Below are positions 36,501-48,515 of a stretch of DNA of 64,000 nt, one piece after another. The position numbers were made by a program, and so were the translations under genes. The stretch lies in contig CBFDEM010000013.1 of the NCBI GenBank assembly GCA_965603825.1, forward strand, positions 62,001 through 126,000. The letters are read 5' to 3'. The notes under the pieces are model-generated. The model did not search any database. It saw nothing but the letters and a program-made list of their open reading frames with translations, and was not told where the DNA came from. Position 1 is the stretch's first letter; every line of letters starts with the position of its first letter. Source of the DNA: Blepharisma stoltei ATCC 30299. Taxonomy: Eukaryota; Protista; Ciliophora.

Positions 36501-39500
36501 TTATAGCCTCTTCCATAGCTTCAGAGCATGGCTGCTTTTTATTTTTCCTGTCAAAATCCTTCTGTATTTTTTCTAATGTCTCTATTCCTGCGTCATATTT
36601 AGTGGCTTCATAGCCATAACCAATCAGTTTGTCTCTTAATTCTTGGTAGGATACAGACCCATCAGAATTTATATCAATTGCTTTTATTAAGCCATTTAGC
36701 TCAGCTGGGGTCAGATGGTAGCCGAGTTTTTTCATAAAAGCTTCAAACTCGTGGGTAGAAATTTCACCAGTTTGGTCGGCGTCTATTTCTGTGAATAACT
36801 CTTTGAGGGATACTTCTTTTTCGTTTAGCTTGGAGGCTAAGTACTCAAAGAGCTCTTTTTCTAGCTGTTTTGCTTGTTGATTGGTTTTGGATTCGAATTC
36901 GTCTTGAGCTTTTTGTCGTTCTTTGAGAACGTAGGAACTGAGTTGGACTGCGTTGGCGACTTTTTTTTCTTCGGCTTTTTGTTGGAGTTTTTGATTTTTA
37001 GCAGCCATTGCAGATTGTTCTTGTTTTATATTGGATTCTTGTTGAATGGTTTTGGAAACTTCTAGCATTAATATAAAGTTTATAGTTTCGTTGGATTTGG
37101 ATATTGCATATGTCGGCTTGCTTAGCTGAGAAGGAAGCAAATTACTAGAGTCTTGCTTTTTTGTGCCTTCAATGCCATAGTCTGCAAGCTCTTCAACATC
37201 TTCCAGTGAAAACCCTTTTATGCTGTCAAAAATCTCTCTAAATTCTCTATAAGTAATATATTCTGAATCAGGCTGCCTTTCTAATGCTTTTTTTCTAAAT
37301 TCTGAGGATATCTCAGTAAATCTTAATAATAACCCTCTAGCTAGCTTAGCAGCTGCAGATCTCCAATGCGAAATATCTTGCCCTGACTTAATATTGCTAT
37401 ATGACAAAATTGAGTCAATAAATTCCATATAATCTATTTTCCCATCATGGTTTTTATCAAAAGCCTCACCCAACGACATGATTTCTTCATTATTTAGCCT
37501 AAAGTCTAGCAGCCCTAAAATTTGGCCAAGCTCATTGGTATTTATAGACCCATCCCCATTGGCGTCAAAAAGTGTGAAAGCTCTTTTAATTGACATTTGT
37601 GAGCCTCTCAGTGTCAGACTGATTTTTTCTAGGGCTTTATCGACAGTATCCTGTACCTTTAACGTAGCAATTGACCTCATATTGCTGTCCATAAGCCCAG
37701 GGACATCTCTGAAAACTTCAGCAGTAAAATCTTTATAATCAATAGTCGGGCCTTGCATTAATAAATTAGAAAGGACATTTTCTGGGATAGTTGGGACAGA
37801 AAAACGTAAGGTGTTAATAAAATCGTGGATATCAATTACACGGTCTGAGCCTTGTTTTGGCTGCAAATTCCAAGAATTGAATATTTCTAAAACTGTGCTA
37901 TTAAATGGCCTCTGCATGCTGCATTTTTCAATAATTTCTCTGATTTCCCACTTCCATGAGTCTCTTGGCTTTAGTGCTTTTTCACTAATTTGTCTTAATT
38001 TGGTCAAAAACTGCGAAAAATGCAAATTGTGGGCATCCATAACCAATTTTACTACAAGGTCAGCAATCCCAGAGGCTCCAGGAATATTATAATATTTTTC
38101 TAACAAACTTCTGACCTCAACTGGCCCTACCATCCCTTCAGAATTCGCCACCTCCTGCAAGCACTCTTTTAATAATTTTTCATCCAGCAATAAACAGTCA
38201 GAAATAAATTTATTCAAAAATTCTTTATCAGGCAGCACAGTCGGGTTAAATTTAAAGGAATTTGGCAAGCGGTTTATGTGCTTTAAAAAATGAGTCCTAA
38301 ATATCCCTGGCGTTTTATTAGAAGGCATTGCTAAGAAAATTCCTGCTTTATGTATCAATTCTTCATTAGAGCTTGGGCTTAAACTTTTTGCTTTATCAAT
38401 AAATTCTTGAATAGAAATACACTCAATAATTGTCCCTTGGTCGACAAAAAATACGTCTAAAGGATAACGTAAATGAATAAGCCTGCATTTAAGCTCAGTC
38501 AATAATAAATCTACCTCGTCAATCTGCTGGGCAATTGAGCCAGAATATACTTCTTTAATAAATAGCCCAATTTTAAGCAAGTTTTCGTCATCAGTAAATA
38601 AAGAAAAAGAGGACTTCAAAATATCATTATCAATAGAAATTTGGCAAATTTTAAAACATCTTGCGAACTGCTCAAAGGTAAGTTTCCCAGTAGATTTATC
38701 GTCCATCTCTATTATTGTGTACTGCAGCCTTAATCCATGCTTAGGAAATATACACGCCCGCAAAGAATTTATGATATCAGTCGGCTTAGAAATGCTTAAA
38801 ATTTTTTGTGCTAAAATATCTTCATTAAAAAGACCTAAAAATTTTTTTATTTCTATTTTTGTCAGGCCATTTGGGTCAAGCTCATCTAGCATCCCTTCAG
38901 CTTGTCCTTCAGTGATGTCACCTAAGCTTAATATGAACTGTTTTAAGGTATTTCTAAAAATCATCCCAGTAGCTTTTATTTCACGTTCTTTTATATTGTC
39001 AATGATATTTAAATTTTGCTCACGTATTTTTTTCGAAATAATGCTAAATCCAGGGTGCTTATAAGTTTTTGTTAAAAGAATTGGGCTTGTTCTAAGCTGA
39101 ACATCAAGGTTGTCTACAAGTATTTCAAATTGTGGATAAATAATGCCTTGCAAAGCTCCATACTGAGACAGAGCGCTATAAAATTCATTTGTGCTGACAT
39201 TTCCTGTTTTAAACTGTTTTCTTGACGGTAAAAATCCTATTTGTTTGACTATTTCAGGAAATCCTTGGTCAAAAAGTATAGCTTTTACAATTAAATAATG
39301 AAGCTCCCTTTTTAAGCTCTCATTTAGCCTCATCTGCTGCATAATTGCTTCTAGCTGGGTATTTATATGTGCTTTATATTCCAGCATACTTTTTTTTCTA
39401 TATGATTTAAATAATTCACCCAAAGAATTTTTAATATTTTCTGGGACTGGCCAATCGTGCTGCTCAGCTGGGACATTTAAATTCATCCTTTGTAGGGCCC

Positions 39501-42500
39501 AAGTGTGTAGAGTCCCTGATACAAGTTTGCTTGAGCTAGCTCCTAAATGCATGGTTAAAAGCCATTCTCTGTTATTATGCCTTACAGCTCGTAATTTATA
39601 ACAATGCTTGTCTTTGGTGCTCATAACACCTACACAGCTTAAGACTTGGTTTGTTTTGGTAAATTGATCTTGCATTTGTCTGTATTTTCCAGGCTTATTT
39701 GCGTATACAGGAAGATTGTGAGGCTCTGTCAGCTTATAAGGGACGCCAGTAGGGCTTCAAAATTTGATAAATTGGTCACTTCCGGCTGTTACGATTAGCT
39801 GAGAAATCGGCAAGTAATCAATGTCTACTACAGACCCGTCGTGGGCAGGTACTTTTTTATAAGGTTTTACAGTCCAAGGCGGGTTTATTTGGAATTTGTC
39901 AAATAAATCTTTTTTAAGGTTCCATAACAGCAGCTCACAAGGTGGCAATGCACATGTAGGCACCTGGGCGAGTTGAGGCTTAAGCGCTCTTCTTTCAGCA
40001 GAAATAATTGCATTAGGTGCTTGTATATATTTCATTATTGGTGGGAAGCCGTTCCAATGTCCTACAAGTTTCGCAAGAATTTTCCCACTGATGTGTTTCA
40101 AAAAAATTACTGATGTCATGGGCTCTCTTGTAGAATATGCCAGAATATTAAAATCGTCTAAGAATGCGAAATCTTCTATTATGGCTGCTTGTTCCTGGGC
40201 TGTTGGAGTAACTAATATAACTCCAGGTCTTTTTGCAGCGGCCACTAAGTTTATATACTCTTCTTTTTCAAAAATATCTAAATAGTCCACATTTCCGAAA
40301 TTATCATAAGAGAGGTCCCTTTCTATTACGATATCAAGCTCCCTGGCGGTTATACCTACAGGTAAGGACAGCAATAAAGTAGAAAACTCGTGCTTTGGCA
40401 AGCTCCCTTGGCCTGACAGGTCTAATTCTTTACAAAGCTTGTATAAGTCAATTCCCAGTTCAAGTGACTTGTGGAGGATGTATTTAAGTGAGTCTTTTGG
40501 GAATTCAGAACTTCTTAAGGTATTGAGAGCAGACATAGGACCTATTTTGTTTCTTGATAAAAAAGTCATGAATTCTTGATAGTTTATGGAGCCGTTATTA
40601 TCACGGTCTGCGATTTGGATAAGAACTTCTATATCTTTATCAGACACAAAAGGGCTGAGCATGGTAGATAAGGCTCGGAAAAACTCTGAGCGGGTTATAA
40701 CACCACTATTATCAGAGTCAAATACAGAAAACAGCTGCTGTGCAGAGTATCCTTTGTTTTCTAATGCTTTAAACAGCTTATAAAGCGTTTCTTTTACTTT
40801 TTCATTATCATTAGCATGAGTCACCCACTCAGGGATTATAATTTGTGCCTTCCCTTGCTCTTCAGTATCTTCTACAGTCTGTTTTCTATAGTACAAAGCT
40901 CCCCAAAATTCATCAATAGACACAGACCCAGTCGAATTTACGTCCATAGCCCTGAAAAGTCCTTTTATTTGTCCTTCTGTCATAGGCAGATTTAAGTCTA
41001 ATATTGCGCTCTTAAGTTCCTCATAAGAAATCACGCCATCCCCATTTCGGTCTAAAAGCTTAAAAACGCGGTCTTCATGGATGCCAATTTTCCCACATTC
41101 TTTTATTACATATACAAGCTGGTCTAAGGCGTCTAAAATTGGCTTAGGGATTTGCAGCTCACTGATGGTGACCCTGATTCTTCATAAGAGGTTAAAAGAG
41201 ACTGGGTCGTAGCAGTAGACAAAGCCATTAGCACAGGTCGCGTTTATGAGGATTCTTTTTTGGGCAGATAAAGATATTAGGTTAGGGAAAAGGTCTCTGT
41301 GGCGGTAATTATAAGCTTTTTCTACATAGTCGTGGCTGGCTGATTTACTAAGGACACTTATTCGTTGGATAGGAACACTTGTGCTTTGGATAAGCTCCCA
41401 CACGTCAATAACCCACTGTTTATTTAAGGTATAAAGTCTATTTGAAGACTCGTCACAAGCAGCTCCAAGTAATGGGACATTTTGAAGAGGCGCCCGAGTG
41501 CCTAAATGAAGAGAAGACAGTGAAGACCCTGAGGAGAGATCAAATTGGGCTAAGCAGCCTTGGTGGTCTAAATAGCCAGCACGGCCAAGCAGTCCTGACC
41601 CTCATAAAGACCTGGGAAGAGGGTTATTAATGGCTTGTTCCCATTCTTGATCCCAAACATAAACATGCTTGATCACACCTCGCTTTTCGAATTGCTTTTG
41701 AATAGACCTTGCCAGCTTAATAGATTCTCCATGGGCGACGGCGCTAGTAAGGATTGGCATCAAAAACTCATTTTTTACCATTTCTTGGAGTTCTTTGCTT
41801 TGAGCTTTAAGGACAATTTGGCTTTCCTGTGGCTTAGGGACCAGTTTTGAAGCTTTTTCTTGAAGAGTCGGCTTAGGTTTGGCAGGGGAAACGCCTCTGG
41901 TCCCGCGGAATGAGCCTTTTCCTGAGCTTCGATAAGACTGCCCTTTATTGCTAGCTGTAGTTTTAGCTAAAATAGACCCCATGAGGGATTTTTTTTTCTT
42001 TTCCTCTTCTTCTTTTTTAAGCTTGGCCTCATAGAGCTCTTTTTCTTTTTTCTTCTGTTCTTCTAGCTTCTTTTTTCATGGGTCTCTTTCAGCTTCAAGC
42101 TTGTCCATTATTTTTTTCCTTTCTTCATCTTCTATTCTTTTTTGCTGCTTTTCAATTTCTTCTCGAAGGGTTGGCTTTACTTCGGGGATTGGCTCTTTTG
42201 GAGATGTTTTTGGGGCTTCTGATGGTTTTTGGGATTCTGGAGGCTTAGTTGGGTCAAATTTTTTTTCTTCAGGTTTCCTACCAAATTCTTCAGGTTTTCT
42301 ACCAAACTCTTCAGGCTTTCTACCAAATTCTTCAGGTTTTCTGCCAAACTCTTCAGGCTTCCTGCCAAGCTCTTCAGGCTTTCTACTGAATTCATCAGGC
42401 TTTCTACCAAATTCTTCAGGTTTTCTACCAAATTCTTCAGGCTTTCTACTGAATTCATCAGGTTTTCTTCCAAATTCTTCAGGTTTTCTTCCAAACTCTT

Positions 42501-43911
42501 CAGGCCTCTTTGTTTCTTCAACTTTTTTTCCAATTTCTTCTGTTTTCTGTGACTCTCCTATAATATTCTTCAACGAAAAAGGTGACTGTTTAGCTGCCTC
42601 TTCAGTCTTAATTTCTTCCAAAATCCTCGCACTCAATGAATCCCTATCAAATTTAATCTCCTTTTCTTTCTTCATTTTTTCTTCTTCCTGTTCTTTCCTC
42701 TTCAGCATTTCAGCTGGCGTTTCTTTTTTCTTAAAAAATACATTACTGAATTCTTCAAAAGTAATATTTCCATCATGAGACTCATCAATATGGTTAAAAA
42801 CCTGTCTAATATAAAATTGTGAGTAATTTGGGGTAATTTTTTTCATCACGGTATAAAAAGCGTCAAAAGTGATTTTTCCGCTTTGTTTGACGTCAAAAAG
42901 CTTGAAAACTGAGTCTATTGTGATGTTGGATTCGTTTATAGCTTTTTGGATACCTTGGAGGATTTCAGTGAGGGCGAGCTCTTTTTCTTGCTCTGATACT
43001 GTTACAGAAGCCAGGACATCTTTTTTTGTGGGGGCTGAGTCTCGGACTACTCTGGAAAGGGTGCGAAAAGTGATTTTTCCGTTTTTTCCTTCGTCTAAGA
43101 TATCAAATGCAGCATCTAATTCTTGTTGGGTAAGATTTAATCCATACTCAACCATCAGCAGTTCTACCTCAGGCTTCTCAATAAACCCACTGCCATCCTT
43201 ATCTATCTCTTGAAAAGTCTGCAGCAGCGTTTTGTCACTTGAGCTAATTTTTTGTGCTATTCCTTGTATAATTATTTTTGGGTCAATTTGCTTGATTTCG
43301 CTTTCTTTTTGCCCTGGTTTCCTTTTATTTTTATTCATTCTTTGTTCTTTAACCTTTCTAAAAATCCTTTGTATTTTCACAATTGCGTCAGACTGGGATA
43401 GCTTTTGAGGGATCACATATGGCTGCTTTAGATAAAGTTTCCTGAAAGCGGCGCCTACAGCTTTATAGTAGAATACTCTGTCTCTGGCTTGGTCATAAAC
43501 ATTAAGAATTTCTACTAGGGTCCTGACTTGGTCAAAAAGTAGTCTGAAGCCTAAGTTTTTTAATGATCTGCTGAAGGCCATAAAGGTGATATACCCTAGT
43601 TTTCCTGTATCTTGGCCTTCACAAGAGCTTATGAATTTCGTCCTTTTTTCTTTTGCCAGGAACCTTTTGAAATTGTTCAAGATCGTATCAGTTTTCGACA
43701 GCTCCTCTATTTCTTTATTCGCCTTTTCCCGGGCTTGTTCTTGGATTTTTGCAATAGTTGACTGTGCTGAAGGTTTGGCTACTTCTTTTTTGGCAGGAGA
43801 AGGAGAATTGCTAAAATCGTCTTCATAAGGCTCTTCTTCGACTTCGTCTACCTTTTTCAATTCTTCTATGTTTTTCTTATACGAGTCAAGCTGTTTTTGA
43901 AATATTGACAT
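33556..43911 (-). CDS. Giant multi-EF-hand / IQ / WD40-like / pseudokinase / helical-repeat protein, 3451 aa
   Basis: Six track ORFs share one frame; the gaps contain only TGA (42076, 41602, 41182, 39757, 35428). Canonical EF loops include DKDGSGFIEKPE, DESHDGNITFEE, DRNGDGVISYEE, DSDNSGVITRSE, DRDNNGSINYQE, DANGDGSINTNE, DKNHDGKIDYME, DADQTGEISTHE and DINSDGSVSYQE. WD40 AHDGSV..AGSDQFIKFW. Kinase C-lobe FLAPE, DVWSFG, CLQIDPLKRPT. Confidence 0.87.
42265..42507 (-). repeat. 21-bp coding tandem repeat, (K/R)P(E/D)E(F/L)(G/S)R x11.5
   Basis: Directly visible: repeated ccaaa(t/c)tcttcagg(t/c)tttct on the plus strand. Confidence 0.95.
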
Positions 43912-43992
43912 TTATTAATTCAAAACTTTTAGGCTTATTTTATAGAGGATTCTTATATATTTTCGAAGAGTTTTAAACAATAAAATACAGTT

Positions 43993-44538
43993 ATGGCAAC
44001 TAAAGGAAATTTACAACGTAGACAAGCTCAGCAGCAAGCACATAAAGCGCAGGCCCAGAAGCAGGGATACAAGCTTCCTGATTTTTTGGTATTTTTTATG
44101 TAGCTAGATGATTTAAGAGCTGCAGTTGCCTTATATGAAACTGAGGACCAGCCTGGAGTAATTCAAATGAATCATGTAAGAGGGATTTTATGAAATTTTG
44201 GCTTTTGGCGTATGACCAGCAAGGACTTCGAGAAAGAGCTGCAAAGCCATGATATTGACCCTAGGAGAACTTATTTAGAATGGAACGAGCTTCTCAATAT
44301 CGTAACAAGGAGATACCACCAAGGTGGCAGAGAACAAGAAATAAAGGACACTTTTAAAATTTTTGATAAAAGAGAAAAAGGGTACGCAAACGTCTCTGAC
44401 ATCAGGGCAGCTTTGCAAAGTAAATTAGAAGTTCCAGTGACGGAGCATGAAGTAAACGAGATGTTTGAAATGGCAGGGATTGACCCAAATAACCCAATTA
44501 TGCTGAATGATTTTATGAATGTGATGAAAAGCTTTTAA
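43993..44538 (+). CDS. Divergent calmodulin/centrin-like EF-hand protein, join(43993..44088,44104..44538), 176 aa
   Basis: ATG 43993; a 15-nt intron removes an in-frame TAG; TGA=Trp at 44191. EIKDTFKIFDKREKGY..DIRAAL..VTEHEVNEMFEMA. Confidence 0.82.
44089..44103 (+). other. 15-nt spliceosomal intron
   Basis: GTATTTTTTATGTAG, A at position 10, phase 0. Removing it restores the ORF. Confidence 0.85.
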
Positions 44539-44555
44539 GGATTATTAATGAATCA

Positions 44556-46070
44556 TTATCGGGAATTATGACTTTTTGAAGTATTAAACTTTTGTGTCCG
44601 CCTCCTTCTCATTATCAACGCTTCTCATTCTTTCCGTTTTTTTATTGTGTCATTAATAAGATTCCTGAATTCGTTCTCGGTTATCACATAATTTGGCTGA
44701 GGTCTATTCGGCAAATTCATTTCTTTATAATTTATGTGGCTTAATGCTGCTTTTGCTTCAAGCTTATATAGTTTTTTTGCAAATCCCTGCCGAGTTCGAA
44801 TGCAGTCTTCTTTATATTTTTTTAAGTTTTCTCTATACTCGCCCATTCTTTTTTTCAAAATATTCATTATAGTGATATCTTTTATTGAGTCAGGTATTGA
44901 GGATTTTCCTTCTATAGCTGCAAAACTTATTGGCTTTTCTAGTTCTGATACAGGAAGAGTGTGATTTCTGACGCAATGCTCGATGTACATTTTATATTCA
45001 ACTTTATTTCAAAGCAGCCTTTTTATAGCTAAAGCGCTTTTTCGTCTTATAAAAATAACTCGCATTGTTCGTTGGATAAAAATGATTTTATCGGTGAAGG
45101 ATTTCATCATTTTAAACATTTGTTCTTCTGCGAGGACTCTTTCGCATACGTCAACAGCCATTATTGCTCATTTTTTTCTTATGTCTGTGGCTCATTTTTT
45201 GGCTTTTTTTGATAATTTCTGGAGAATTTGTAAGGATTTTTTAATTCTGACCCTCCTCAATATTCTTTTGAATTTTCCAAATGCTAAACATAAATTTAAA
45301 AGCCAGATAAGCACTTTATTAGATCTCCAATGTAATCTTTTTTTTGCAAATACTGTACGATGAACTCAATTAACAGCCCCAAAAATTGCGAAAACTGTTG
45401 CCCAAGCTTTGCTAATCTCTAAAACTTCATATTTTCTCATCTTTATTTCCGCTCTCCTTTCTTTCATCTGTAATTTAAAAATTTTTTCCATCTTATTTTT
45501 CGTATAAATCATTTGTTTTTTCTCTTTAATTTTCAAGATTTTTTCAGACTCAGATTTTGCTTTTTCTTTTAAATAATTCAGGCGGACCGTAGGTAAATAT
45601 TTTTTCATGTCTTTATTTTCACTATAAATTTCTTGTCTCTTGCTCTGGTCCAACTTTTGAGTTATGGATGTTAAGCCTTTTTGTGGGAATCTAGAAACAG
45701 TGGAAAAATGAAATGAAGGCCCATCAAAAGTGTTTAAATCGTAATAATAATGTCCAGGTCCTAGCTTGCTGTCAGTTATTGTATTAAGTCCATAATTGAA
45801 TTGGAATAATAATTGAAGAGAATTAGAGTCCAAAACACTTTTTTTACGGTGGATTTTTTGGGTGTCTGGGTTTTCTCTGGCAGCAAGGTCATGCTGAGAT
45901 TGAGAGCGCTGTTTTAGTCATCTTTGGGTGGAAGAGATAAAGGGTTTCAGTTTCATTAATGAGCGATTTCTTGATTCTTTATTAGGAGATAAATTTAATG
46001 ACTTTGCAGCTTCTGGAATTTCTGTAATAAAGCTTCTAGCGGTGTTTGGCAAGGATAAAGTAGGCTTCAT
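44556..46070 (-). CDS. Basic hypothetical protein with a GPGxY (SHIPPO/ODF3-like) motif and an IQ-like motif, 504 aa
   Basis: ATG 46070; one frame with TGA at 45918, 45366, 45192, 45168, 45009 and 44625; TAA at 44556. LGPGHY..PSFHFSTVSRF; IIFIQRTMRVIFIRRK. Confidence 0.7.
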
Positions 46071-46224
46071 TGCTGCAGATAAAAATTTATGCTGAAAAAA
46101 TTAATTTTAATATGGTCTTTAAAACCTTTATATATTGTAACAAAAATCCTTTGTTATCAAAAATAAATTATAATAATTGTTGCATACAATAATAATGCAG
46201 CCGTCACTTATGTCGCTTATATCA

Positions 46225-46821
46225 CTAGCAGCACCTTTTCTTCGCTTTATGTGGCTTCTTCTTCAACGAAATGCTACTTTTTGCAGGAGAAACCAAATTA
46301 TTATTGATATCAGGACACAGTCCTTTGGCAATATCCATAAAAATTTTTTCCACACCTACATTGGATTTTGCTGAGGTTTTCGCATAAATTGCCCCAATAA
46401 AATTTGCGTATTCCTTGGCTTCATCAATTGGAATTTCTTCTCTTTCGACGAGATCTTCTTTATTTCCTGCAATCGCAATTATTGTACTGTTCTTTATGAT
46501 TTCTTTGAGTCCGCAGTACCATGCCTTCAGACCATTGAAACTATTTCTACTGGTGATATCATATACAAGGATAACGGCATTTGCATCTCTACAGTACATA
46601 CTTGTGAGGCTGCGATATCTTTCTTGGCCAGCGGTGTCCCAGATATCGAAGTGGATGTGTGTGTCATTCACATGCAATGTTTTTTTAAGAGATGAAATCC
46701 CAATGGTCGGGCTCGAGTCTTGTTTGAAGTAGTTGTCGACAAACCTTAGCAGGACGCTGGACTTGCCAACGCCTGAATCTCCTAAGAGGACGACTTTTAC
46801 ATTTACATTGTTGTGCCACAT
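46225..46821 (-). CDS. Rab GTPase, Rab5/Rab22-like, 198 aa
   Basis: GDSGVGKSS, WDTAGQERYRSL, GNKEDL, TSAK, C-terminal CC. Confidence 0.92.
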   Translation of the reverse strand: MWHNNVNVKVVLLGDSGVGKSSVLLRFVDNYFKQDSSPTIGISSLKKTLHVNDTHIHFDIWDTAGQERYRSLTSMYCRDANAVILVYDITSRNSFNGLKAWYCGLKEIIKNSTIIAIAGNKEDLVEREEIPIDEAKEYANFIGAIYAKTSAKSNVGVEKIFMDIAKGLCPDINNNLVSPAKSSISLKKKPHKAKKRCC

Positions 46822-46833
46822 TAAATTTATCTT

Positions 46834-48369
46834 TTAAGAAATATTACGATTTTTTATTATTACTCCGTTGGATTCCTTAGGTTTTGTGATTTCTTGGAGC
46901 TTCTCATTGAAGTTTTCTCCTCTTTTGACAGCAAATTTCAGCTCCCTTCTTTCTTTTTTAGTTAGCTTGTGCCCAGCTTCTATAAAGATTCCTCCTTCTT
47001 TGTCAACTCCTAGCTTGGTTTCGACTTCTTTAGAGAAAAAAATGGGATCAACTATTTCTTTTTTTTCCTCGACAGCTTCAGGCTCCAGCTCTGTCTCAAA
47101 GCCAGGTGGGAGATGGCAATATAACAGTTTTCCATTAACATAGTCTTTAAGCACTATTTTTCCTGCTTTTGACTCATCAGGAAGTCCACTTCCTATAGTA
47201 AAGCTTCTATGGTTCGCGATTTTTTGTAAAAGGATGGTCCCAGGCACTCTTCCGCCTAGCTGGATTCCATATAAGTTTTCTAGTAATGAAGAATGAACCC
47301 TCAGGCAAATGATTTCGACAGGACTTAATATGTCTTTAAGCTGATCTATTGGAAGTACTCCACAAGTAACCATTTCAGCTCTTGAAGAAAGCAGAGAAGG
47401 GAAAACCAGACCTGGACAGTCACATAAAGTGATGTTTGGGCTAAGATTAAGCGTCTGCAAGTGCTTTGTTTTCCCTGGCTGAGCAGCCACACCAACTCTT
47501 TTTTCACCCATAAGGACATTAATAACTGAGGATTTACCTACATTTGGATACCCAACAAAGCCAATATTGACATGCTTGCTAGGATTGCTTAGCCTGTCCA
47601 ACAATTCTTGGCTTGAATATATATATGACTTGTCCCTATTCTCAAATTTTTCACCAAACTGGTTTCACCTTCTCATATCATTATCAATAAGCTCTTGTTC
47701 TTTATATGCAGAAAAATACATAATATCAACCCCTTCCCTTTCAAAATACTCAGCCCATAGATTTCGAATATTTTCAGGGACAAGGTCAGCTTTATTTAGA
47801 ATCAGCACAAAACTTTTTTCTGGAGACAATTCTTTTATGTAGTTTTCTAGGTCAGGATTTCTGAAAAACAAAGGATTTCTGGCATCAACTATTTGGCAGA
47901 TCACCTCAGAACGCTCCAGGACTCTTCAGAGCTGTCGCCATATGTCGAGGTTTTTCTCGTAAGGGGTCACAGAAGAGTTAATTTCTGACTCTTCTGTTTC
48001 TGCGAGCTCTTTTCGCCATTGGAGGAAAGCTAAGTTTTCAAGCTCGTTAAGTTGCTCTGGTGTAGTTTCTTGGGTCCATTTTGGTCTTCTTGGGAGCCTT
48101 AAAGCTCGGTAATTTTGCCCATTGATTGATTTGGCATGAAGCTCACTTTTACCCACTATTCTAGACTCACTAACAATTTTGAAGGTTCTTTCGGCTGTAA
48201 ATTGACGATTAGCTAATGATGCTAAGGTCATGAATTCGTCTAAGTTGTTTTGGTCAATTATGGATTTTAGCTTAGGGCCTTCTTCTGTTGTGTGTAGCTT
48301 GGACTTAGGCCCTTTCCTTTTGTTTTTATTGCGGATTAATGCGGCACCGATGACTTCTTGTTTAGGCAT
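46834..48369 (-). CDS. LSG1: Large-subunit GTPase 1 (circularly permuted GTPase), 511 aa
   Basis: TPYEKNLDIWRQLW(TGA 47926)RVLERSEVICQIVDARNP, NKADL, GYPNVGKSS, PGKTKH, DCPGLVFP. Second TGA at 47665. Confidence 0.95.
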
Positions 48370-48515
48370 ATTAATAAAAATGGAATAAAAAGATGCAGCT
48401 GTGCAGATAAGCTAAATTAATTTATGGGATTATGTGTGGAATAAATAGAAAATATTGTTTTAAATTTTTTAAAATCTGAAAGCTGTATTTATTTTATTAT
48501 TTTATAGCAGCTCAT

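Noticed and set aside
42265-42507. CRISPR-like array
   Set aside because: Contiguous 21-bp units with no spacers, in frame within a eukaryotic CDS.
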